Source of the DNA: Trichinella spiralis
Lineage: Eukaryota
DNA: 64,000 bases
Direction of reading: 5' to 3'
Assembly: GCF_000181795.1 (NCBI RefSeq)
Contig: NW_003526941.1
Location: forward strand, 7,501,118 to 7,565,117
A program made the translations under genes and the position numbers. This document shows, in pieces, positions 1 through 15,509 of the stretch. Within the stretch, counting starts at the first letter, position 1, and each line of letters starts with the position of its first letter. The notes beneath the pieces are model-generated. The model saw only the letters and a list, made by a program, of their open reading frames with translations. It made no database searches and was not told where the DNA came from.

Positions 1-463
1 AGAGGATGTAGAAATGTTATATTTATGACGTCCTTTTTACATTTGTTGCGTCATGTTTACTTGCGTCGGAGGACATTTTTAACTTTGTGTCATAAACCGA
101 AATGTGTGCACAGTTAGTTAAACTTCGGCAAATCGCTGCATGTTTCCGACATCTGGTCGCCGGATTCACAAACATGACAAGTAAAAAATCTGTGCCGTCT
201 CCAATTATTGTCCCCATCAAAAAATAATTTTTCGACAATCAGTTAAGCTTTCCTGGAATGCTGGACAATGGGGCGTTATGATGTACCATTATCATTATCA
301 TTGTTATTATTCAGCGTTGTTTCTCTCCAGAACGCGTGCTAGCTTTTAGTGTGTCACTGGTGCATGGGCACATGTGACCGACGGTCATCAGTTGACCTTG
401 TTGTTTTTTCATTAATCTTATTCAAACATAAATCAGATTGATTGTTTTATTTCTTTGTTTCAG

Positions 464-3400
464 TTTGACAGAATATTCTGCATTTACACTGCCACTGATC
501 ATTATGATGGTCTTCGGTGGAGCAATGACGTACTTCGGTTTGAGCAGCAGTAGTCGAAAGTTGAAGCCGGCATGCGATTTGAACGACCAGACATCGATTG
601 TTTCGGTAAGAGTTCCATTCGTAACATTCGCTTAAACAACCTTCCTTTTTCGTCTTTATTTTCCAATATTGGCTTTCGATCACGCTCTCACCATCAATAA
701 CATCATTACCTTTTGTAACTAGCGAGGTTAAATTCGATCGTTTTTTTTTTCAATTTCATTAACGAACGCGGCGCTTGTCATACTGTATTATGTAATGACA
801 TGTAGGTTCAATAGTGCATTGATTCATGCGCGACAAATTTACTGCACGCGCCTCACTAAGTGCTTTCAAAATGTGATGGCGAAAACAAATTAAAAAAATT
901 AAACCGGAAATGAAAATGAAAACGTACTTGATATTGATGTTGAAAAAGAAATTCTGACAATCAAATGCGCTTATCTTTTGAATAGCACTGACATCACTCG
1001 CTGTTCTTGATCTGAAAATGCTCCAATACTGATAATGTGCGTCTAGAAGGAAAATTTTAATGCGCTAACGGAACAGAATTTGCATTCGCACTGATAATGG
1101 CTAATTAATGCGGGAACTTACAATGATGACGTGCTGCGTGTGTTTGCTGAATAAATATTTTGAATGTGTTAATATTTCTAATTGAAGCATCTCTAAATGG
1201 TAATTTCATGTTGTTTTTCTTTCACATGTTCAGGAGTTTGAGAGTAGTCGATCGTCGAAATTTATTGAAAATGGTCGAGTGTTGGAGTATTTGTCTGACG
1301 ATTGTCGTACGATGTACGATGTGCTTCGTCAAGGTGCCAAAGCGTCAAACAACGGTCCCTGCCTTGGTTATAGAAAAAAGATGCCTGACAACAGTCGTCC
1401 ATATGTTTGGATGAACTTCAACGACGTGATACGACGATGTAACAACTTTGCCCAGGGTTTACTTAGTTTAGGTTTGAAACCAGGCGGCGAATCGTTTGTA
1501 GGCCTCTATTCAATCAATCGTCCAGAAGTATGTGAAACAGTACGTGAACAGAGCACCTTATGATGTTTTCTTTTATTTTTAAGTGGACAATTGCTGAACA
1601 CGCTTGCTACGCGTACTCTATGGTTGTAGTACCTTTGTATGATACTCTTGGAAAGGAAGCTGTGTCATACATTATCGAGCAAAGTATAATATACAAGATG
1701 ATAATCGATTGATTAGCAGTTAATTGTTTGCAAAATTTTCATCACTTTTAGCTGAGATGAAAGTTATCATTTGTGACACTGCCAAAAGGGCACAGTCACT
1801 GATCGAAATTTCGCCCAAACATCCGCAGCTTCGTCATGTTATCATCATGGATTCATTTGATGATCAGCTGGCCGAAAAGGCGAAAGCAAATGGCATCGAA
1901 TTTATACGTTATAATGCAGTAGAGTTGGAAGGCGCTACGGTGGTGAATCCATTACCACATGTGGTGAGCATTTCAAAGCAGAATTAAAAGTTGCTATTAA
2001 ATGTTGAACTGTGCGTAATTTTGTAGATTCCACGTCCGAACGATTTGGCCACGATCTGTTATACAAGTGGTACAACGGGACTCCCGAAAGGCGTCATGCT
2101 AAGTCATGGAAACATTATTGCCAATTCGACCGTCCAGATTATGTTCAAAAACGCACCAGTGTGCAGTAGTGACATCCTCATCTCGTTTTTGCCATTGGCA
2201 CATATGTTCGAACGTTTGATGGAAGTATGTTTTCTTTTTGAAATAACAATCAATCAGTTCATTTATTTTGTTCTTTTCAGCTGTGCGTTTTGATGCTCGG
2301 AGGTTGTGTTGGTTATTACAGTGGAGACATTCGGCAAATCACAGATGACATGAAAGCGTTGAAACCGACTCTGTTTCCAATGGTTCCACGTTTGTTGAAC
2401 CGTATTTATGATAAAGTAACAACCGAAGTGAACAAGAATGTGTTTAAGAAGATCATCTTTGAACTAGCAATGAACTCCAAAATGCGTGATTTGGAAAAGT
2501 AATTTTGAAAGATATATATAGGTATGATTTTATCGATCACAAATCTTACCTTAGGTCCATTTTACGCCGAAATACTTTGTTGGATCGATTGGTTTTCAAA
2601 AAAGTGCGTGAAGAGATTGGAGGAAATGTGCGCATTATTATATCCGGAAGTGCTCCAGCCTCGCCCGCGGTTCTCACATTTGCCAGGGCTGCGTTCAGTT
2701 GCACTGTGTTGGAAGGTTACGGCCAGACTGAGTGCGTGGCTGCCGCTTGTTTGACGTTGGAAGGTGACCACGTGGCTGGTCACGTCGGGCCACCGTCGCC
2801 ATCTTGTATCATCAAATTGGTCGACGTGCCAGATATGAATTATTTTGCGAAGAACAATCAAGGTGAAGTGTGCATCAAAGGTCCGAATGTGTTTCATGGT
2901 TATTACAAAGATCCGGAACGTACACGAGAAGCATTGGACGAGGATGGTTGGCTGCACACGGGCGACATTGGTGAATGGACCTCTCGGGGATCGTTGAAAC
3001 TTATCGATCGAAAGAAAAACATTTTCAAGCTTGCCCAAGGAGAATACATCGCACCAGAGAAGATCGAAAATGTCTACTTGAAGTCGAAATTTGTATCTCA
3101 AATTTTCGTCCATGGTGACAGTCTCAAATCTTGCTTAGTTGGAATTGTTGTACCGAACATTCCTTTGTTGGAAAAGCATGTCAGTGAGACGCTTAATTTG
3201 AGACAAACACCGGAGGAGTTGTTGAAAAATACGGTATGCTTGTTTGTTTTCATTCATATTATTTTCAGTTTACTTGTAAAAATGGTTAATAATTTCCAGG
3301 CTGTTAAAAGGATAATTTTGGATGACATGTTGAACGAAGGAAAATTAGCCAATTTGTGCTCTTTTGAACAAGTGAAAGATATTTATCTGCATGGCGATGC

Positions 3401-3509
3401 ATTCAGCGTCGAAAACAACCTACTTACCCCGACTTACAAGGCGAGGCGGACAGAGATTTGCAAACAATTTCAAGAACGAATTGCTGAGATGTACAAACAT
3501 CTCTGCTGA
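464..3509 (+). CDS. ACSL: Long-chain fatty acyl-CoA synthetase (ACSL1/5/6 type), multi-exon; true start unresolved (upstream exon, or ATG at 504)
   Basis: Exons approx. 464-605, 1234-1527, 1583-1683, 1752-1962, 2027-2224, 2281-2498, 2556-3233, 3300-3509 join in frame across GT-AG introns. AMP-binding motif YTSGTTGLPKG, LPLAHMFER, GYGQTE, GWLHTGDIG and LIDRKKNIFKLAQGEYIAPEKIE; N-terminal hydrophobic segment. Confidence 0.96.
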
Positions 3510-3586
3510 AATTTTATCAATATTCATTCGTTTCATTTTTTGTTCTTCAACAATTTCATTAATCTCAGCGATAACTATAACCACTT

Positions 3587-3615
3587 ATATATATATATAT
3601 ATATATGTGTATATA
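3587..3615. repeat. (TA)n microsatellite
   Basis: Directly visible TA run in the ACSL 3' region. Confidence 0.9.
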
Positions 3616-3832
3616 TCATCTGTCTTACAGAAAAAATTGTCATCACAACCAATCACTCTGCCGAAATACACGTACATACCCAATACGAAGGTAAATTTCT
3701 CAGGCATGTCATTATTATCTATGTTTTTTTTAAATTCACTTAGTGCTACATTGTAATACTGCCTCATCTCCATCCAGTACTGTTTATTTCGCTTCACTCA
3801 ACTCAAAACATTCTGTTAATTCTCAACTATCT

Positions 3833-3849
3833 CACACACACACACACAC
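3833..3849. repeat. (CA)n microsatellite
   Basis: Directly visible. Confidence 0.9.
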
Positions 3850-5137
3850 AATGTGACTGTAGTTGTAGTATTTGAAAATAATAATATCTTAGCATAGTTA
3901 CTGTCTTCTTGTTGTAATGTACGTTTACAGCAGCTAACTTACGTGAATATGAATATAATGAATAAAATTTCAAAATATACTTACTTACTTGTTGATAAAA
4001 TTGTACACTCAGTCATGATCTGTAGAAAACAAACGACAACAATAATGATTTGTGCACTCAACAATTTTTATGCAAATGAAAAAAAAACAGTGACACTGTC
4101 AAGTTGACATATCTTTTTGTAAAATAAATAATACATTCATATTATACTGTATGCAGAGATGGAGGGATAAGAGAGGGAGGGAGAGGGCAAGCGGAATGGA
4201 ACTTCTCTGGGATGCCACTGTACATAAGTATGTGCAGATGATGGCATGAGGAGATGACAAAACAACTGCTATTATCGATAAGGAAGAATAGATACTTTTG
4301 AAGCAGGAGGAGAAAGAATTTTACAAAGAAAATTTGACATCTCACTAGATTCACAAGGGGCGCCGTTAAGTAGAATGGATTCAACACAAATGAGACAATA
4401 AAGAAGAGTGAAAACATGGATAACATTAACAACAGTAAACAATGAAAATTTCCATGTTGAATGAAACAAAGCACGCAGTGTTCATCAGTGGCTGTATGCA
4501 TCGAGAATTCAGAGGTATTTTCAAAAATAAAGTTACAAGCCATAACCAAAAAAAACATAAATAAAAATAAGATAAAAAAAAGCAAGAAAACATGTCTACT
4601 TATCGCACTGCATGAAAGGAACGGTAGCTATTAGAAACGACAATCTGCCTCACAGATGTATGGGTGAGTGGTAAAATTAAAACAAATACTAATGCTAATA
4701 AACAAAAAGAAAAAACCAACAATACAAAAATTTGGCAGTATGTATGTTTACAGCTACACATAAAAAGTACAACAAATAAACGCTCATTTCAAAACCAAAA
4801 CACAACAACAATACAAAAACTATTGTAATTATTGGAAAGGAAAATATTAAAAAAAACTATTACTACTTAAAAAGAAGGAGTAAAAGATTGTGAATAGAAT
4901 CGCAGAGCTTAACACCCGCTTTGAAATAACTGTGAATTTTGTTACACGCAATTTTTGCGAATTAAATGTGTAATAAACACTGCAAAGGCAGTAAGTGACA
5001 AATGAAATAAATAAACAGTAAAAAATATTCAAATTAGCAAAGTAATAAAAGAAAAACATAGCGCCGGCGCCGGCGTCGGCGCTTACCTTCCTCCCTCTTT
5101 ATCTCATATTTTTCGTTGTCACACGTTTTCCAATTCA

Positions 5138-8100
5138 TCAGCGGCTGTAGAGCCGCTCTGGCAACGCATAACAAGTACTGCGCTTAGAATCTGTTGTCTC
5201 ATTATCCGGAATATTCTGAGGAATAATGGCATACTGCACTAACAGAGGGATATCTATAAAATGGAACTTTTACATTAAATTTAAACAAAAACATAAATAT
5301 AACAAGAGCATAAGAATTTGATAACTTGACCTTGTACAATGAATAAATACTTCTGCTCTTTCATATTATTATTATTATTCATTATAGGAAATATACTTAC
5401 GATCAGATGGAATGCTCGGATTAGGACATCCCATATATTTGCTTTCCAAAATCCAAGTTATATCAACTGCTCCAAGAACACCCAATCGAAGCAGAGAGGA
5501 TGGTGTAGAGAAAACGTAATCGATGATGCCTTTGAAGTCCAATCTAAATGTACAAATAAGTAAATAAAACTGCATCATCTAACACAAAAAAGAAACTTTA
5601 TCCATCTGTATGTGCATGCAAAGCGTATGTTATCATCGTACGTGAAGTTGGTGAACGAGATCATCGAAGAATCGTAGGCGGTTTCTAGTTTCATCTGATG
5701 CGCATAATTGTTTGTATCTTTCGTTGAGCTCAGCTTTTGCAAGCACGTCGTACCTCGGAAATCCTTAAAATCCGGATGATCGCATGCAATTTTACCGGTT
5801 GCCAGAAATTCATAGACACCTATAAAAAATGAAGAAACATATAATAGGAAATATCTACCTATCAAATAAACGCTGAAAACTCATACCAGAAGCAGGTACG
5901 GAATTCAAATCTCCACAAACAAGCAAAGGAATTTGATCAGTAGTCAGATGACGTTGTTGAGCCACTGAATCAACCAAGTATCCCAATTCTTGCACCAACA
6001 TCATTGTCTGTACCAATTTGACGTCACAAAATTCAGGATCCCAATGTATATGAGCTGTGCACACAATCAACGGAATGCAATTATTTTTGGTATGCCAGTG
6101 AGATGAATTGTTACCTGTTGAAATTTAGAAAATTAATTAATTAATTACTAAAATGTGAAAAGATCAAAATCGATCATGGGAACACATACGCAATACACAC
6201 GTAGTTGGTTGAAGTACCGCAGCTAACGCGATGTTGTCCCTGGTCATTACCCTATTGAGCATCTGCTGACAGCCGTTAGCGTTCGCAATAGCAAGTTGAG
6301 TGAATTCAATCAGATGTTTCTTTTCCAATTCAAATCTGAACAGTAATTTTACATGAAAAGAAAACGCCAATGGAATCGCTGTGATATACTTTGATGATTT
6401 CCAAAAAATCGCGCAACCGTCGACAAATTTTCGCTCATCCTCAGTCATGGTCTTGGCCCGTGATTTTGGTGAAAATATTCCGGCGTAACCAAATCGTTTC
6501 AATTCAGGTACAAAAAATGAATAAAATTGCTCCGTCTCCACTTCCTGCAACAAAAAGAAAAGCACAATTTAAGAGAACAGAAAAAAATAATTTAATTATA
6601 AAAATACCTGAAAAGCTATAACATCCGGTTCGTAACTGCGAATTTCGCTCAATATCATCCGTCGGCGATAGTCCCAATTCAGTGCCCAAGATGGACAATA
6701 GGGATATTGGGATGGAGTAGCGTACTTTTCGCAAAGCACGTTGTAACACATCACCGTAAAGATGACTGAAGAGAAAAAAACAACAATTGTATCCTTCTTA
6801 CTTTGAGCAAAACTTTCCAATATCAAAAATAAAAATACAAAATCCACTACTCTTACATTTGTGATCTTTGTCACCAACATCTGTACGTATCCACGGCCTT
6901 TCCGGTGGAGGCAACGCTCTAGCTGAAGTAAAAAACCAAGCTATCATGTAAAACAATAGAAGAAAAAACACACGACAATAAATAACAATTGTAGAATCAT
7001 AGAAACTGATCGATCACGTTTGATGGACAATTATGATAGAACATTTGCATGCCAAATTTTCGATGCAACTCTCAACGGCTATTTTAGCCAAAAATTATCA
7101 TTACACAAACCGTGCATGCACTTCTCTTCAAACGCGTAACTGTTGCCAAACATTGTTCCATTGTGTTAACCTTTTCAAAATGACAAAAAAGCATTTTATC
7201 AGTCGTCATACGACTACAGTAAGCTTCGAAAACAAATTGCGACAAAAATTTTGAAAATCAATCCATGCCATATCTTTCGTTTTGTTGCATTTTTTGCTGA
7301 TCTTTTCAATATTTTTTAACAAACAGAAGAAAAACTTGCACGTGAGAAAAAACAAATAAACCAAATAATAATAATAACTATGAATTTTACATACCGCACA
7401 ACTGCACGAGGAAATACTGTAATACTTTTACACTCGTAGTTGGATGATGGTAGACTTGATTTAATTCAGGACTGAGAGGGTTACCATGCAAGGCTAAACA
7501 AAAAATGCTTTGTTATACATGAAGAATTAAAATAATAATAATAACAAGTGTTAAAAGGCAGATTCAATCACAAATGTTATGCACTAGGTTTCACTTTCAG
7601 CCACTACAGTTGCAAAATTACAACGCTAGCTAAGAACTACTAACACAGGCAAAAGTAAATTAACAGTAAGCACATTACGAATAAACAAGAAAATTATCTT
7701 TCTTTTCAAAGAAATAATATGAAATATTTCACCAAAGGCAATTATTGGTGGCATTGGCAAATTTTCAATTAATTCCTGTCTGAGTAAAAGAGATTCTAAT
7801 AATAAAGGCGCTAACAACTTCAACTTTATCGATCATACATGCATCACTTGAATGACAACAAGACAAATGAACAACAACAACAACAACAGCAACAACTAAA
7901 TTATTTTAAATAAAAAATTTATATTTCCAACTCAATTTCATATATGAGAATTAGCTAATTACGCTGATATTAGAGAAATGTCATTTTCACCAAACAATTT
8001 TTTCGAAAAATCGAAACAAATATTTAGAAAATTTCACAATAATGACACACTGCTATTATATTAAAATCAATTGCACATTATTCACTGGACTTTTAATATT

Positions 8101-9999
8101 CAACTGAAATAAAGGCTATGTGTAAACAGCGTCAGATGTGGAGTAAAAAATTTCTGAAATAATTGACTGAACAGTATAGACCAAAAGAGAGAAAAAACAA
8201 CAACTTTATCACATCATAAAATTTGAAGCCTTCATTTTAAGCAAAAGCTTGCTTTGAAAAAAAACCAGTTGTCTGAAAATAACAATGAATTAATTGATAA
8301 AAAAAAATAAATGCATATAGTTTGACGTAGAGCTGCCAGAATAAAGTGTGCAACATGCGAAAGTAAGGAAAAAAAACTCAAAGAAAATTGATCTTGCGCA
8401 TTAGGAAGAGTACCATAACGACGGAATGAATGTTCAACATCGAATTTACAACTAAATTCACCAAAGGATAACAACACTTATCGATCAACACAGAATTTTG
8501 CATCGATGAAATGAAAAATCAGCCAGCGTTGCATTAGAGCGCTACTAAATTTCCCCATCCAATAATAATGCATACATATTTACGACAATAATTACACTGA
8601 TGACGTCCGATTAATAAGTGAATTTGTTGTAAAGGACAAAATGAAACATACCCAAAATTTTCAAATTGTACAACTTTCCAATTTCGAATGGCAATGTTCG
8701 TATTAGATTATTATTCAAATGAAGCTGCTCCAGAGACAAGATATCGCCCAGCTCGGAGGGCAAACTGCGTATACGATTATTTGAAGCATCGAGCACTTTC
8801 AGTTTGCTCAATTTCGAAATTTCCGGAGGCAATCTAAAAAAGGGCTGCATTAAAATTTAAAAAAAAACAAAACAACAACAACAACAAGAAAAAGCAAAAA
8901 CAAGTCAAGCTGTTTGTGTCATTTGAACCTTTCCAATTCATTGTCGTTAATAAACAACGCAGTAAGGTGGTCCATTTCGAACACTGGTTGACTGATATTT
9001 CTGATAGTTCCTAAATAATACGTGAACTGAATTAGGAAATGGGAAAGAAAAAAAAAACAAAAATCAACGTCAGCATTTCACTGCATGCAAGCAAGCACAT
9101 GTTGAATATTTTTAATAACTGATTAATTGCAGAAATATGGACGAAAAATGATTGCCAGCAACAGCGGAACAATTTCATCATCATCATCATCATCATCAAG
9201 GCGAAAATTTGCCTCAAAATTCGGTCATTGTTTTGCACATAATGCTGACAAACTGGTCTCCAATTTTCAACAAAGCTTGAACCCATTTCGACCCACTTGA
9301 TTATTATTATATTGTTCATGCAAAAAAATAAAAATTATTTGCTAAAAAAAAGAAAAATAAGAAGAATACACTTGGTCAATAATGAAAGCAACAAAACCAG
9401 AAGCTTGAAATCGACAATCAATAGCGAACAGTTTTTGAAAAAAAACCAAACGCTGAGGATTTTTTTTTGAAATTCGTCTATTCAACGCTCGTCAATGTTC
9501 AAGAATGCAAATCTGTAACTTTGCAAAAGTGATTCTTCGATAAACAACTTTGCAACGAAAATAAACTCTCCAAAATCACGAAACACAAGCGAACCGTTTT
9601 GCAAACGAGACGCACAATTGGAAAGCAGTAAAAATTTGAAATTGGGATTAAAAAAATTGCGCGGGAAAAACAAAAGCGCTGAAAAAAATGAAAATCGAGA
9701 CAATTGCAGCTTGAAATTTGACAAACAAATCACTGACACTATATGCAATATGCGGAAAAAGAAAGCAATCGAAAGCGTAGCTTACCACGGAGTTCAATCT
9801 CAGCCCAGCTCGTCGTTTTGCCAGCAGCTAACTCTTCGGCCGTCAAATATTTGTGAACTCGCAGAGAGCCGTTTTGCATTGAATAGACATCCAAATCACC
9901 ATTTCTGTCCAAATCACGCCGATCAGTGCTTGATTCCTTTTTGGACTCGGCGCTGCTCTTCGGTGTCGATGTCGAGCCCGCTACCGGTTTACCATCCAT
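5138..9999 (-). CDS. CNOT6: CCR4-NOT deadenylase subunit CCR4 (LRR + EEP nuclease), about 12 exons
   Basis: Exon 1 9999-9786 (…WAEIELRG); LRR exons about 9010-8929, 8833-8652, 7493-7395; EEP motifs MCYNVLCEKYAT, FQ|EVE, AHIHWDPEFCDVK, CGDLNS, IIDYVF, PSD|HIP; stop TGA at 5140-5138. Confidence 0.96.
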
Positions 10000-12111
10000 T
10001 TCTTTCCCCTTCGATGGTCAGCAAGTGCCGGCAATAGCATCGGCACAATATTAAACACCTGACAATTTGTTCAGCAAAAGCTGAAATTATTTTTATGAAA
10101 AATATGGAACAGACAAAATTCTATCCAACGACCAAACCGCAAACCGATAACAAACAATCTATCCACCGATTGAATGCAACGAAACGACCAAGCTACTGTA
10201 AGTAACGGAAGTTAAGTAAACTGATACAGTACGTTTTGTTTGGGGGCAATTTGCCACCAATAATTTATACTTTACAATTTGTCAAAGCGAACAGAAAAAA
10301 ATTAATAAAATAATATCATAAAAATGAATTTTTAATTACATGGGAATTATTATGCAAATTTTCAAACAGTTATAACTCGTTGCGTTATTCTTCGTTGCAA
10401 GTTGTGACGTTTATTTAACTAAGCATATATTTATGAAAATTGTGCTCAAAATCGCAGTAAAATTAATCGGTACTTGTTTCCATTTTTGTAAAAAATAGAT
10501 TTTACATAGGGACTTTCAATGAAATGCAAATTATAGTTATTGTGAGATTATTATTAAAAATCTATAAAAGAGTTCATTTTAAAAATGTTATTCGACCTAA
10601 ATTTAATTTTAAAATTGCATCATATGCACAATTTATTGTGACATTAACTACAGTAAACATACGATCAAGTACAATTCATATTGCACGTTTTGCAGATGAA
10701 GTGACAGTTGAACGAAAGCGCGGTTTTTTGTTGCTTTTATTTCTTACATACGTAAATTAATTTAAATAAGAAATTTCAATACAAATGCATTTTAAAATTC
10801 AAATTTAACGCATATATACATATATAATCGTACCAGCTACTGGCATCCATTAAAAAGAAAATAAAATTTCTTCAATTACATTTTACGTTGTAGTAATAAA
10901 ATAAAACCAGTAATGAAGAAACGCATAAAATATTTACGAACAATACCTTTATTGCTTGAAAAATCATTCACAGCAACTGCGCACAGATGATCTAAGTGTA
11001 TAAATATCACGATCGCTAGAGTTAAAAATTGAAATATAAAAACGATGCAGTGGAAAAAACTGAAAATAAATAGCCCATCAATTTATGCGTGCTTGACCCT
11101 GTTGCAGACAGCCAGTGCTCAAGGCGAGCTAAAAAAATAACATACAAGCGAAGCATAAAAATATTAAAACAAACCATTTTATCCTCGTTGGAAAAGAACA
11201 GCAAGGAAGCACACACAAGTGAACTTCACTGAATTGAAAACAAGAGAAAAGTAAAAAATGAACAAAACAATCAATTCTGTTCTTCAATTGATTCAATTGA
11301 TGCTAATTGTCAAAAACCGAGGTAGGTTTCACTTAAACACAAGGATCTATGCAGCAGCAAAACAAGGAAAAAACCACCTCCACCTCAAAAAAAAGTATGA
11401 AAAAGTCATTTATAAAAGCAGTTTAACCGGGTCAAGGTGCTTGATGAGCCAAAGTGATGACTGCAGTGGGTAATAAGGAACGCCTTCAAGGCGATCGGCA
11501 GCATTCCAAGTCTTGAATTTTGTGATGATGGATACGGCACTAAAAAAGATAAAAAACAAAAATAATACAAGAACAGAATTTTTTTCACTAAAAAATCATC
11601 TTATATTTTTTATGTGTCCACCATGCACACCGAAAATTAAACCCAATAAAAGGAAGAACTAATTTTATCAAATAAACTTTTCTGAAAAGTAATCATGCTC
11701 TTCAGCAGCATGCGCATTTCATATATTCTTCTTCAAAATAATCGTGACAAATAAATAAATTTACATTCGCTGCAACGTTCATAATTTTCAAAATTTGAAC
11801 AACTAACAAACAATAATCGAAGCTCCACAAAAATAACCCTCGAGCATGATACATTGTAATAATTCTCAAAATGTCATGCATACATAATGAACAAAAATCA
11901 CTTGTCATAGGAAAGAATTGATTGCAGAAGTTGAAATTTTTCATGCGCATGCTTTTTTTCATGCCAAAGAACCACGGAAAATGCCTGTCAATCGATGTGG
12001 CTGGCAAACAGCAGATCAAACTGTCCAGCCGTGTATCCACACACACGCTCAACAAGCGCGTATTCATCTTACATCATTCTGCTTGGCTTGTTGGTTAATA
12101 TTTTTTTTAAA

Positions 12112-15273
<3,162 letters not shown>

Positions 15274-15284
15274 TTTCCTCAACC

Positions 15285-15412
15285 CTACACTTTTTGGATA
15301 GAGAAAAAACATTTAAATCATAAAATAAAATGAAATATATCCAACGGTGTGTAAGGAAACCGTAAATATGGAAAAAAGCAGTGACCAAAGAAGCCTAGTG
15401 GCAATTTTTAAT
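15285..15412 (-). promoter_or_regulatory. Candidate operon intercistronic region (poly(A) signal, Ur-like element, trans-splice acceptor)
   Basis: Minus strand: ATTAAA 15412-15407, stem ACGGT/ACCGT 15363-15344, TATTTT 15327-15322, AG at 15286-15285, then 11 nt to the PFKFB ATG. Confidence 0.5.
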
Positions 15413-15509
15413 TATTATCGTTCATCGGTTAATTAATAAATAAAAAAAAAGAATCAAGCGATGAACAACAAATGAAAATAGCCGTGCAATCAGCTATGAT
15501 CAGAAGAGA

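Noticed and set aside
6788..6797. GTATCCTT, a U12-type donor motif (also ATATCCTT near 35584)
   Set aside because: Both lie on the strand opposite the host gene and not at a usable exon boundary.
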